A stretch of 64,000 nt of DNA from positions 10,622,822-10,686,821 of the forward strand of contig NC_081387.1 of NCBI RefSeq assembly GCF_030684315.1. The letters are read 5' to 3'. The DNA comes from Stegostoma tigrinum. Its lineage: Eukaryota. The notes below the pieces were generated by a model. It was not told the DNA's origin. It ran no database searches and saw only the letters and a list, made by a program, of their open reading frames with translations. The position numbers were made by a program, and so were the translations under genes. Within the stretch, counting starts at the first letter, position 1. Each line of letters starts with the position of its first letter. Below, piece by piece: positions 37,451-50,000 of this stretch.

Positions 37451-38499
37451 CTAAAGTATCATCCATGAACTCCCTCACATAGCTAAAGCAACAGGACACT
37501 TGCTCAGTTATCCATAAGATATTTGAAGGAGCAATGAATTATTTTATTCAATTATGTCTTTATCATTATTAAATTTATATTTTGTAAAATTGACTACCAA
37601 TTGCTCACCAGCTAATTATTTCTTTCCTACTTTCAAATCCATTGTAAAACCAACAGAATTACGGAAATCAAATGGTACAGAGAGACAGGGGGAGAGAGAG
37701 AGAAGCCATTCACCCATTGTGCCTGCACTGGCTCTTCAAATGTGCATCAGTACCTTAAGCATCAATCATGTTCTTATAAGACGGAGAAAACGCCACAGAA
37801 TTAGAGAATCATTTAAAACTGGAAGCAACCTGTTGTACTCCAGTTAGAAACCGTCAGTCACCTCAACTCTACAGTGACAGAATTATTCAGCGATACCTGC
37901 CCTCTGAATATTGCCTTTCGGCCATAAGACATGGGAGCAGAAGAAGTCCATCAAATCTACCCAGCTTTTCAATTAGATCATGGCTGTTCTCATAACCTTC
38001 AACTCCACTTTCCAGCTTTATCCCCACAACATTTGATTTCATTAATGGTTAGAAATCTGTCTACCTCAAGCTGTGAAGGTTATTTAGCAAACCAATGTCT
38101 ATACAGCTGTATGCAGTAAAGAATTTCACAAATTCACACTCTCTGATAGAAACAAACTTCTATGCATCTCCTCCTTAAATAGGGGACTAACATATTCTGA
38201 AACAACATCCTCCAATCCTCGACTCTCTGACGAGTAGAAACAACCATTCCACGCCCATCCTATCAAAGATCCCACAAGGCTTAGACAATTCGATTCTGAT
38301 AACTTAACAAGGTATGTACGGCACTGTATAAGTCAAAGAAATGCAAGCTACAAATATTTATTGTCTGTTTAGGGAATAAAATAAAGGCATGAAGGTAATT
38401 CAGGACATGTAATTGAAAAGAAAGATGTCACTGTCCCAATTTCCGGCCTAATGGGAATCACTAGAGCAATATTTAACATTTGATATTTGTTGACGAGAT

Positions 38500-38900
38500 C
38501 AACATTTGACAGGTGGAGGCTGAGACAAGGCAGGATGGAAGTCTATAGAATTGTGACATGCATAGATAGGTTTGATGGTCAGAATCTTTTTTTATTCCCA
38601 GGGTTAAAATGTCTAATACAAAGGTGTATGCATTTAAGGCGAGAGGTGGCAAGTTTAAGGGAGATGTGAGGGGCAAGTATTTTGCACAGAGAGTAGTAGG
38701 AGCCTAGAAAGTGTTGCCAGGGGTAGTAGATACTTTTGGGGCATTTAAGGAACTTTTAGATAAACACATGAATATGCAAGGAAAAGAGAGGTATGGAGCA
38801 AAGGCCAGCAGAAGGGATTAGTTTCATTTTGCATCATGTTCGGAACAACATCGTGGGTAGAAGGGCCCATTCCTGTGTTGTACTGTTCTATGTTCTAACA
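38500..38900 (+). mobile_element. CR1 3' fragment
   Basis: Ends gggcccattcctgtgttgtactgttctatgttcta (CR1 tail). Confidence 0.85.
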
Positions 38901-38970
38901 GTCATAGCGTAAAACAAGCAACCTGGTCACAAACAGCAAATGCTCAGCTTCAATGCTCAGAGTCACTTAC

Positions 38971-39034
38971 CCGAAACAACAACAACTGCAAGAATTGTGT
39001 AGTATATATTTTTGATACTGTGAAATATCTGCAT
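38971..39034 (-). CDS. GPCR exon 1, distal copy (MQIFHSIKNIYYTILAVVVVS, phase 1)
   Basis: ATG at 39034 and consensus donor TCGG|GTAAGT. Splicing to 32136 gives ...IYYTILAVVVVS-V-NLVAIVIL, a complete TM1. Confidence 0.8.
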
Positions 39035-39519
39035 ACTATCCCCATGAAAAAGTGAGCTGTCGCTTTGTGCACCAAGCAATCTCTCTGTATCAAACTCTAA
39101 GTCGAGACATTCACAGAACCTTTATTGTTTACCAGTGGCATCATGATGGGAGATTGCAACATCATTCGAGTTGGATTCTATATCTTAAAGACAACACAAG
39201 CAAACAATTTATGACAATGAAGTTAAGCCATGCTTGTCCCTGGATATGTCTTGTGTTGAGACTGAATTAAGAAACTCTCCAGAGGAGTGATTTTGCTTTA
39301 CACTGATTAAAGCCTGCAAAATTTTTATTCCGGCAAAGGTGTTGATCATGCAAACACCTTTCAGTGCAACTTTAAATCTCTGAATATTTCACTGATCATT
39401 TTGCTGTGTTCTATTTCATGTCTTGTACTGCCCTCTTTGGGTTGATCATTGCACTCTGGCTGCCCCTTTATTTGTGGTCAATCAGTGAAAACAATCAAGT
39501 GGAAATTTTTGTCTTTGAA

Positions 39520-42080
39520 CCATCAAACTTACAGAGTTGTACAGCATGGAAGTAGGCCCTTTGAACCAACTTGTCCATGCTAACCAGATGTCCTAAATTA
39601 ATGTAATCTGAATGTACCAGCATCTGGCCTATATCCCTCTAAACTCTTCATATTCATACATCCACCCAGTGCCTGCTCTCAACACTTCCTCTGACACTTC
39701 AATCCATGTGCACCAGCCTCTGCATGCAAAATTTGTTCCTTAGGTCCCTTTTAAATCTTTCCCCTCTCACCTTAAACCTATATTGTCTAGTTTTGGAATC
39801 CCCTACTCCTGAAAAAAATACCTTGACCACTTACCCTACCCATGCCCCTCATGGCTTTATAAATATCTATAAGGTCACCCCTCAGCCTCCGATGCTCCAG
39901 GGAAAATAGCTCCAGCCTTTTCAGCCTCTCCCTATAGCTCAAACACTCCAACCCTGGCAACATCCTTGTAAATCTTTTCTGTGCCCTCTCAAGTGTAACA
40001 ACATCTTTCCTATGGCAGTGAGATCAGAATTGAATGCAGTATTCCAAAAGTAGCCTGATGTTCTGTACAGCTGCAATATGACATCCCAACTTCTTCGCTA
40101 CCTTGTCTACCTTTGACTCCACCTTCAAGGGACTCTGAACCTGCATCCCAAAATCTCTCTGTTCAGCAATGCTCCCCAGGACCTTAGCATTAAGTGTATA
40201 TTTCCTGCCCCAGTTTGCCTTACCAAAATGCAACACCATATCTAAATTAAATTTCATCTGTTGCTTCACGGCCCCTGGGCTCATCTGATCAAGGTTGTAT
40301 TCAGAGATAACCGTCTTCACCATCCACAACACCACCAATTTTGGAGTCATCTGCAAATGTACTAAAAGTACCTTCTATGTTCACATACAAGTCATTTATA
40401 CCAATGGCAAAAAGCAATAGACCTAGCACCAGGGTCTTGACAACAATCAACTTTGTCACCAATGTACCCTGAGGGATGTTTCTGAGTTGACCACTTCTTG
40501 TGAGGAAGGCTGTTTGTCTTCTGCTACAAGTCACTGCTGAGCAGTGCTCATCCTTCTCTATCTCCCTCAGCATGGCAACAACAGCGACAATAATAACTCT
40601 GGAAAGCACCAAGGATTGGAAGGTCCTTAGTGCGTGTGTGTCTGCAGGTCCTTTCAGGTAACAAGACAGGCAGATAAGGTGATTAAGAAGTTAAATGGGA
40701 TACTTGCCTTTATTAACCTAGGCATAGGGTTTAAGAGCAGGGAGACACTGTTGGAACTGTATAAAATGTTAGATGGGCCGCAGTTGCAATATTCTGTGTA
40801 GCTCTGGAATCTACACAATAGGTGGGATGTGATTGCTCTGGAAATCATGCAAAGGAATTTTACCAGGATATTGCCTGGACTGGAGAGTTTCAGTAATGAA
40901 GGGAGATTGAATAGACTGAGATTGTTTTCCTTGGACTAGAGGAGGTTGAGTAGTGGCATGATTGAGATTTATAAAATTAGATATGATAGACAGGAAGAAA
41001 CATTTCTCCTGCTGGATCTTGAGAGCACAGATTTAAAGCAAAGGGCAAGAGTTTTAGAGAGAATGTAAAGAAATCTGGAACTCACTGCCTGGAAAGATGG
41101 TCAAGTTAGAAACTCTCAGAACATCAAAGAAGTTTTGATATGTACCAAGGCATACAAGGCTATGGGCCAAGTGCTGAAAAATAGGAGTAGAATACTTAAG
41201 TGTTTGTTTTTTGTTGGGAAAGACTCAAAGGCCCTAAGGGCCTTTTTCTGCGTGGCAGATCTCGGTGACACTCTAACCCCTGGGCCTGATGTGGCTGGGT
41301 CTACCACGCTGGCAATGAGTCTGTTTCATAAACAAAAGTGACAGGAGATGTTCTTCATCCCAAGAACCATCAGTAGTGACATCCATGACAAATGACTGTT
41401 TAACATGCTCCTCGACAGGGTGAGATATTTTTCATGTAGATAGGGTGGTAGAGAAGGCGTAAGCATGCCTGCCTGTATTGACCAGGAAACTAAGTGCATG
41501 AGTCAGAATGTCATGTTGCAACTTTGTAAGACTTTGGTGAGGCCATACTTAAAGTATAGTGTTCACTTCTGGTTGTCACTCTACAGGAAGGATGTGAATG
41601 TTTTGGTGCAGAAGAGCTTTACCAGGATGCTGCCTGGATTAGAGGGCATGAGTTATAAGGGCAGATCAGGAAAACTCAGTCTGTTTTCTCCTGAGCTGCT
41701 GAGCGTGAGGGGTGATTGATAGAAGTTTATAGAATCGTAAGATGCATAGGTAAAAGTTGATGTTCAGAATCTTTATCAGGCTGAAATGTCTAATACTCGG
41801 GGACATGCATTTGAGGTGAGAAGGGGGATGTGAGAGTCAAGTTTCTTTTAACACAGAGAGCAATAGGAGTCTGGAACGCACTGCCAGGAGTGTTGGTGGA
41901 GGCAGATATGATAAGGGTATTCCAGGGACTTTTAGATAAGCATATGAATATGCTAAGAATGGAGGCATTTGGATCAAGGGCAGAAAGAAGGGATTAGTTT
42001 TGATTTGGTGTCATTTTTGACACAACATCATAGACCGAAGGGCCCATTCCTTTGCTGTACACTTCTGTGTTCTATATTCT
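39520..42080. mobile_element. Cluster of CR1 fragments (39520-40440 minus; 40655-41250 plus; 41440-42080 plus)
   Basis: ORFs STFADDSKIGGVVD and LVRPYLKYSVHFW; CR1 tails. Confidence 0.85.
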
Positions 42081-42672
42081 ATTGTGACGAGGAGGGTCAT
42101 AGAACGAGTCATGTGGGCAATTTAGCTCAATGAGCTCTCTCGTAGTCAGGCAGCATTAGATGATCAAAAAATGTAAGACCTTTTTGTAAATATACATTAC
42201 TCATATAAAATGTGTATACATATTTACTAAAGCAGTTCAATTCTGAATGGTGACATACGAAGAAAACAAACAAACAAACATTGGAGTTTGACTCAATCTA
42301 GCAAACAATCCAAAGGCATCTATTAATTGTGCAAGATTATACTTACATTTATTTGAGGCATCAGGAGGGTTCAATAACTGAATTGCTCCCCATTTAACTT
42401 GGGCTGAAAGATCTCATACAGTGGTCTTTCCCCATTGTGTCTTGGCAGCAGCTGCCCTGCCCAGTGTGGCCCTCAGCAGGTGGTACTGGATCCTGGAATG
42501 TGTCAGTCCGCCACACTCGGTCAGGGTTAACTTTTAGTTCTGGAATACCAATAGGTTTTGGGCAAACCAAAGAGCATCTTTCACTGAGTTGATTGTCCTC
42601 CAGTAGCAGGTGATGTTTGTCTCGGTGTGCATCCCTAGGAGCAGACCATAGAGCAGAATCCTGTGTCATGGA

Positions 42673-42876
42673 TAATGGGAACTGCAGATGCTGGAGAATT
42701 CCAAGATGATAAAATGTGAGGCTGGATGAACACAGCAGGCCAAGCAGCACCTCAAGAGCACAAAAGCTGACGTTTCGGGCCTAGACCCTTCAAAGGGGTC
42801 TAGGCCCGAAACGTCAGCTTTTGTGCTCCTGAGATGCTGCTTGGCCTGCTGTGTTCATCCAGCCTCACATTTTAAC
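42673..42876. mobile_element. Palindromic Penelope-derived mini-element (family A) with 15 bp TSD
   Basis: TSD atcctgtgtcatgga at 42658-42672 and 42877-42891; near-perfect palindrome centred near 42792. Confidence 0.9.
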
Positions 42877-43370
42877 ATCCTGTGTCATGGAGCTGCTCAG
42901 GACAAACCTCTGCAAAAACCACTGTATCACTCTCCAGGCATTTAAAGGAACATTCCAGAAGGAGATGTGTGACAGTGTCTACCCTCCACTGTCATTTTAA
43001 AGGCAGCGTGCAGTGTCTGTGTGTCTGCTTGAGCTTTGAACTCATTACCATTCACCCCACATCCTCAGGACGGGCACCATTCTATGTAATACTGTCTTGC
43101 GATAAATTTATAGATCAGGAAATAATTGGCAATCCTGTGCTACATGCTCTACAGGAGGTTTTGATTTCACCATTTGCACTGTGATTCGCAGGTTCCTTTT
43201 ACTGAATGGACGAAAAAAAAACCCTTTGGCTATCACATCTCTCACTTTACTGTACCTTGCTGTACCTTTGAATGCCAAGGCATTTTCAAGGGCCCCCAGA
43301 GTGTTTCCAAAAGAAATGTGTTTCTCCAGTGCTCTTTGCTCTCACAAAGAGGAGGAGGATTTTTGGTAAC

Positions 43371-43589
43371 AGATAACGAGGTGTGGAACTGGATGAACAC
43401 AGCAGGCCAGGCAGCATCAGAGGAGCAGGAAAGCTGACGTTTCGGGTCTGGGCCCTTCTTCAGAATTTCTTCACCAGACCTGAAACGTCAAGCTTTCCTG
43501 CCCCTCTGATGCTGCTTGCCTGCTGTGTTCAACCAGCTCCACACCTTGTTATCTCAGATTCTCCAGCATCAGCAGTTCCTACTATCTCT
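43371..43589. mobile_element. Palindromic Penelope-derived mini-element (family A variant)
   Basis: Inverted arms; minus-strand CTGAAGA-agggcccagaccc-GAAACGTC at about 43436-43463. Confidence 0.8.
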
Positions 43590-43769
43590 GGAGAATTTGT
43601 AGAGTTCTCCTCCCAGCAGGGAGCAGCGCTGAGTTTTACTTTCAGCAGTTGCTGTCAGTTATTGTTCTAACTGAGTGTTCCAGCAAGTCCAAAGGGCTGA
43701 AATTAAATCCCTAATCATGTTTCCGCTGGACCTTCCTGATTCAGAGTCCTTTCTGCTGAGATGCGGAGA

Positions 43770-44620
43770 TGCCAATGTTGGACCGGGGTAGACTAGGCCA
43801 TAAATCACACACCACCAGGTTAGAGTCCAACAGGTTTATTTGAAAACATGCAAGCTTTCGGAGTCTTACTCCTTCTTCGGGTGAGAGAGGTGGTATTAGA
43901 TAAAGAATTTATAAGTAAAAGATCAAAAAGTCACAGTACTGTTGCAGATGTACTAAACAAAGTTAAGATGCTGTTAAATCTTTAATCAGTTAAAAGGTTT
44001 AAATTAATATGCATATGTAAATCCCCAAATTCCTTTGAAGCCATTTTGAATTCCTTTGAACACACACTGCTGCCTGTGTTCCCCCAGCTCTGCACTGTGC
44101 TGAGTCTCATACGCACACACATACACACTCACTCCTTTTCACTGTCACTCTCCGCAGCCATTACCCCACACACACAAACATGAACGTATGGTGTGAAATT
44201 CTATTTGCAGATGCTTTCCGTTTTCTTCAAAAAGCACACAATTTATAGACAGTCAGTCAGCGTGGCACTCAATAAATCCCTACTCTAGAATACAATCAGT
44301 CTGACTCCAGACCAGAACACACATTCTAAACTAGGCCTTACACCTAACATGCATTGTCTGCCCGAAAACGTCACCTCCTTTTTTACACTGATAAGACAAT
44401 TACTTCTCTCAGGACAGTGACTTCAAAGGAATTCATGGATTTACATGTACAGATTAAACAATTAAAACTTTCTGTGGCCCTTTGATCTTTTACTAATAAA
44501 TTCTGTGTCCGATACCACCTCTCCCAGTAACACCTGAAAAAGGAGCAAGACTCTGAAAACTTGCGTTTTCAAATAAAACTGTTGGACTATAACGCGGTGT
44601 CATGTGATTTCTGAACTTTG
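43770..44620. mobile_element. Penelope-derived element, family C (inverted terminal segments)
   Basis: 43810-43930 is the reverse complement of 44485-44610. Hammerhead-like ccgaaga-aggagtaagactcc-GAAAGCTT on the minus strand at about 43853-43882. Confidence 0.6.
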
Positions 44621-44623
44621 AGC

Positions 44624-44810
44624 TCAGTTCACTTCCCCACCCACCCTGCAGCTCATGATACAATTGCCCTGATTTCCTGATTGGCTGTTTTACAAATGTG
44701 TGATTTCCTGGAATTATAACTCTTTCAAATCTAGTTCTGCCAGAGACTGGTGACTCATCAACTTTTTTTTTGTTGTGATTGGTTTGGCCATACATTTGTC
44801 TCCAATCGGT
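44624..44810 (+). promoter_or_regulatory. MHC class I promoter: ISRE-like, GAS, X1-X2 and Y boxes
   Basis: AGTTCACTTCC (about 44626-44636, ISRE/ETS-IRF-like); TTCCTGGAA (44705-44713, STAT GAS); GCCAGAGACTGG-TGACTCA (about 44739-44757, X1/X2-like) followed about 18 bp later by TGATTGGTT (inverted CCAAT Y box). Extra CCAAT motifs near 44677 and 44802. Confidence 0.7.
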
Positions 44811-44943
44811 ACGAAGCCATTTGAGTAAACAGGAAGAAGAGTTTAATTGCTGTACGGGATGAAGGATTCAGGGATTGGGGAAAGATATGTCTGAGGAAAG
44901 GGTCACCTGAAATGCTGCTTCCATTGTGTGGAAAGAAGTAGGA

Positions 44944-44992
44944 ATGGAGGGAATGATACTTCTGGTGCTTCTGTGTGTAGAGGTCTCTGCAG
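44944..44992 (+). CDS. MHC class I heavy chain, leader exon (MEGMILLVLLCVEVSA, phase 1)
   Basis: Signal peptide ending VSA; donor CAG|GTGAGC; phase matches the alpha-1 exon. Confidence 0.85.
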
Positions 44993-45153
44993 GTGAGCAT
45001 TCACATCTGAGAGGGGCTGGACCAGGCTGGGGGTTGCATTAGAACATCTAACATAATAGAGCGAGGTGTGAGAGGGGCAGAGCCAGGTGGACACTGGAAT
45101 CGGGAGGATTGAGGACAGTGTAGTAGGATGGGCAGGGTGAGGGAGGTGATTAC

Positions 45154-46450
45154 TAACAAAAACAGAAGTTGCTGGGAAAGTTGAACAAGTCTGGCAGCAT
45201 CTGTGAAGGAAAAATCAGAGTTAACACTTCGGAGATAATAGAAACTGCAGATGCTGGAGAATCTGAGATAACAAAGTGATGAACACAGCAGGCCAAGCAA
45301 ACTCCTCCCTCCGGACAAACCTCAAGGGATCTTACCAGTCCAACCTGTCTCTGCCTCCCTAACCGGTTCGTCCTCTCACCCATCCCTTCCTCCCACCCCA
45401 AGCTGCACCCCCAGCTACCTACTAACCTCATCCCACCTCCTTGACCTGTCCGTCTTCCCTGGACCGACCTATCCCCTCCCTACCTCCCCACCTACACTCT
45501 CTCCACCTATCTTCTTTACTCTCCATCTTCGGTCCGCCTCCCCCTCTCTCCCTATTTATTCCAGTTCCCTCTCCCCATCCCCCTCTCTGATAAAGGGTCT
45601 AGACCTGAAACGTCAGCTTTTGTGCTCCTGAGATGCTGCTTGGCCTGCTGTGTTCATCCAGCCTCACATTTTATTATCTCTCCCACTGCAACTCTCTCGT
45701 CCTCTCCACCTATCATCTCCTTGATCCTTCTTCGATCCGCCTCCCCCTCTCTCCCTGTTTATTTCAGAGCCCTCTTCCCTTCCCCCCCCATTTCTGACGG
45801 AGTGTCTAGGCCCGAGATGTCAGCTTTCCTGATCCTAAGATGCTGCTTGGCCTGCTGTGGTCATCCAGCTCTACACCTTGTTATCTGGGATTCTCCAGTA
45901 TCTACAGTTCCTGTTATCTCTATCGTAGGAGCTTGGCCTGCAGTGTTCATCCAGCTCTGCACCTTGTTAACATTTCAGGTCCAGCGACCCTTCCTCAAAA
46001 CTGAAACTTTAACTTTTTTTTTAATTTTTCCTTCACAGATGCTGCCAGACCTGCTGAGCTTTTCCAGCAACTTTGTTTATGTTCCTGATTTATAGCACCT
46101 GCAGTTCTTTCGGTTTTTATCTAGCTGGTTACAAAGTTGGTGGAGGGATGGGTGAGGTGCATGCCTTCACCATTGAATTAAATCATGATTGATATTTCCC
46201 ATTTTCATGTCCATCAATGTGCCAACAAAAATCCAGCCCAGTTTTCTTTTAATCTCCACTTGCAACGAGTACCCCCTGGACATTCACAACTTTCTGAATT
46301 CAGTGTTTCCACTATTGCTCAATGTGAGGAAAAACCTCAAGGCCCAAATGTCAGCTTTCCTGCTCCTCTGACACTGCCTGGCCCGCTGTGTTCATCCAGC
46401 TCAGATTGTTATCTCAGATTCTCCAGCATCTGCAGTTCCTGCTATCACTG
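45154..46450. mobile_element. Nested Penelope-derived elements in MHC intron 1 (family B arms 45154-45228/45965-46120 enclosing family A pLTR pieces; another family A piece 46340-46450)
   Basis: Inverted family B arms; internal polypyrimidine 3' UTR and repeated pLTRs matching 56220-56790. Confidence 0.75.
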
Positions 46451-47179
46451 CTGAATGGCCTTGTTCTTAATTTATGCTAATGTCGACTTGTTTTGTCTGG
46501 ATTATGTCAACTACTTGTAACATTTTAAGTGCTTAGAAACATATAAAGCAGAGAGACTAGGAGCCGGAGCACGCCATTTGGCACTTCAAGGCTGCTCCAC
46601 CACGCAACATGATCGTAGCTGAATTTCCAACTCCGTACCCTGTTCCCACTTTGTACCCACACTCTTTGACAATCAGATTAGCTGTGACTGTTCTATCCTC
46701 AAGGAATGATGTGCGTAAAAACAGGCAGAAAGTGCTGGAGAAACTTAATAGGCCCAGAGAGAGAGATTTGAGTTTGAAACGGCATTTCTTCAGAACTGTC
46801 AGCCAGTTCAGTGTAGACCCAAAACATTCATCGTGAGAACGTCTTTCCACTAAACATCAGAGGTTCTTTTGACAATCACGTTAAACTGGAAATCGACAAT
46901 TCTTGAACTGTTCATCAAAGGAACTGGCTCCCTCTACCCTGTGACTATTCTGATGTTGTGCACTGATATCAAATCTTCTCAATCTTGTCTTCTCCAAAGA
47001 AAACAGTCTGGGTTCTCCAATCTATGCACATTGCTGTGTGGTTCCTCACCACTGGAACTGTTTCAATTTATCTTTTTGATAAACTCTCAAAAGAGCTCTC
47101 ACAATCCCTAAAGTACGACACCCAGAATTAGAAATGGATACTCTGATTCAGCCTGCACTGTTTTTCTGTATCAATTCCT

Positions 47180-48700
47180 GAATTATAGAGTCATAGGGAT
47201 ACACAGCATAATCTAACTCTTCCAGGCTGACCAGATGTCCTATATAGATCTAATTGCATTAGCCAATATTTGGCCCATGCCTCTAAACCCTTACTGTTCA
47301 TATACTCATCCAGATAGTTCAGTGGTTACCACTGCAACCTCACAGTGCCAGGGACCCCAGTTCAATTCCAGCCTCGGGCGACTGTCTGTGTGGAGTTTGC
47401 ACATTCTCCCCATGTCTGTGTGGGTTTCCTCCAGGTGCTCTGGTTTCCTCCCACCAAAGATGTGCAGGCTAGTTGGATCGGCTATGCTAAATTGCCCATA
47501 GTGTTCAGGGGTGTGTGGGTTATAGGGGGATAGGTCTGTATGGGATGTTTCAAGGGGTGGTGTGGACTTGTTGGGCCAAAGGGCCTGTTTCCACACTGTA
47601 GGGAATCTAATCTAAATGTTGTAATTGTACCAGGTTCCACCACTTCCAATAGCAGCTCACTTCCATACGTGCACCGCCCACCGTGTGAAAAATTGGCCCC
47701 TTTTAAATCTTTCCCCTCTCACCTTAAACCTAAAAACTCCAGTTTTGGACTCCCGCACCCTGGGGCAAAGGCCTTGTGAATTTAGCCTACCTGTGCCCAT
47801 CACAATTTTATAAACCTCAGTAAGCCTCCAAAATTCCAGGAAAAGGAGCCCCAGCCTATTCAGCCTCTCCTTATAGCTCAAACCTTCCAACCCTGGCAAC
47901 ATCCTGATAAATCTTTTCTGAACCCTGTCAGGTTTCACTGCATCCTTCACCAGAATTGCACAGAATATTCCAAAAGTGGCCTAACTAATGTCCTGTACAG
48001 TCATAACTTGACCTCCCACCACCTATACTCAATGCACTGACCAATAAAGGGAAGCATTCTTAACAACTTCTTCACTATCCTATCTACCTGTGACTCCACT
48101 TTCAAGGAACTATGAACACACCCTCCAAGGTCTCTTTGTCTAGCAACACTCCACAGAACCTTGCCATGAAGCGTTTCAGTCCTGCCCTGATTTGGCTTTC
48201 CAAAATGCAACACCTCACATTTATCTAAATTAAACTCCATCTGCCATTCCTTAGTCCATTGGCCCATCTGATCAAGATCCAATTGCACCATGAGGTAACC
48301 TTGTTTGATGCCAGCTACACCTCCAATTTTGGCATCAACTGCAAACATAATAACCATACCTCGATGTTGATATCCAGCCATTTATATCAATGACAAAAAG
48401 CAATGGACCCAGCACTGATCCTTGTGGCACACCACTGGTCACAGGCCTTCAGCCTGAAAAGCAACCCTTCACCACCACCCTCTGCCTTCTACCTTTGAGC
48501 CAGTTCTGTATCCAAGTAGCTAGATCCCCCTGTATTCCATGTGATCTAATCTTGCTAACCAGGCAACCATGAGGAGCCTTGTTGAATGCCTTACTCAGAT
48601 CCATACAGATCACATCCACCACTAGGCCCTCATCAATCCTCTTCATTACTTCTTCAAAAAACCTCAAGCAAGTTAGTGAGACAAGATTTTGTACTCATTT
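47180..48700 (-). mobile_element. CR1 LINE ORF2 fragment with an HE1-like SINE inserted at about 47318-47612 (+)
   Basis: ORFs VVDVICMDLSKAFNKAPHG and MFAVDAKIGG...WQMEFNLDKCEVLHFG; SINE head gtggttaccactgcaacctcacagtgccagggaccc. Confidence 0.9.
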
Positions 48701-49739
48701 ATCCGTTCTTGGGAAGTATGCAACTCTGGCAGGGCTAGCTTTTCTTTCCCATCCCGAATTCCTTTTTGGCTTTCCAGGTCTTTTCAGAGGGAAGCTAAGT
48801 AGTATAGAATCCCTACAGTGTGGAAGCAGGTGATTTGGCCCATCTTGTACACAATAATCCTCTGAAATGCATCCCACCCAGACCCACTCTCCTCCCCTGT
48901 AACCCTGCGTTTCCTATGGCTAACCCACCTAGCCTTCACATTCCCTGCACACAATGGACAATTTAGCATGGCCAATTCACCTAACCTGCCACACAATGCT
49001 GAGGAACTGGAGTCACGTGCAGGCTTGACCTGTCAACTTTCCTTCCCTCAGGGACAGGTGTATGAATGAGTGTGATGTTACTCTGAAGAACAACCCACCC
49101 TATCCCAGAGGCCTACATTCACCATGGCTGACACATATGCTGCACATCCCTCGCTAACTACTGGGCAATTTAGCTGCTGAATTACTTTTTTTAAAGAACT
49201 TCTTGTAATATCTTTGCTAAGAAAAATGTGGAGTCACGGGGCTAGGATGGGAGGAGTGGGGTGCTCTTCAGACGGTTGGTGCAGACTTAGTCGGCCGAAT
49301 GGCCTCTGCCTGCACTGTAGGGATTCTACGGTTCACTTTTTGAGATCTGTGTGCACCATATGTTGTCTATGAGCCTGTTGCCTCAATCAAAACTCAATAT
49401 GCTTTGTTAAAATTTTGTTTTTTTTTTGAAATGGCAAGGCAATCTCTGCATGTTTTCCTCTGTTATCACACAGTTACAACAACAACAGCCTTTGTTTATA
49501 TGCCACATCTAAAGTCTTACAATTTTCCACAGATTGGTGACACAATTTTCAAGGAGAGATTCAGTTGTAGGGGCACAGTGAGACACTGAAACCTTGATCA
49601 TGGCCACTCAGTGAGGGATCTGGGAGATAGGGGATAAGACTCAGGAGGACCACAGCAAGCAGGGGTCAGTTGTAGGTCTCGTTTTCTGTTGTATTTCAAC
49701 GTGGAGGACATGACCCTCTTGCTCCTTTTTTTGTTTCAG

Positions 49740-50000
49740 AGTTTCACTCTCTTCAATACTTGGCCACTGCTCAGACTGCGACCCAACACCTCCCAGGCTT
49801 TGTGATCGTCGGTTATGTGGACGGTGCCCAGTTTTTTAATTATGACAGTGATCAGAAGAAATTGATTGCCCAGGGGCAGTGGATGGTAGAAAATAAGAGG
49901 CCCCCATTCTGGGAGCGAAGTGCTGTGCTGGCACAGCAGAAGGAGAAACATTTCAAAACCTACATCGAAGAGATAGCAGCACGGACCAACCAGTCGGGCG
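49740..50000 (+). CDS. MHC class I heavy chain, alpha-1 domain exon
   Basis: Acceptor tttcag|A, donor GGCG|GTGAGC, 261 bp, phase 1-1. Translation EFHSLQYLATAQTATQHLPGFVIVGYVDGAQFFNYDSDQKKLIAQGQWMVENKRPPFWERSAVLAQQKEKHFKTYIEEIAARTNQSG has HSL-Y7, GYVD, YDS, W, FWE, R84 and the NQS glycan site. Confidence 0.95.
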
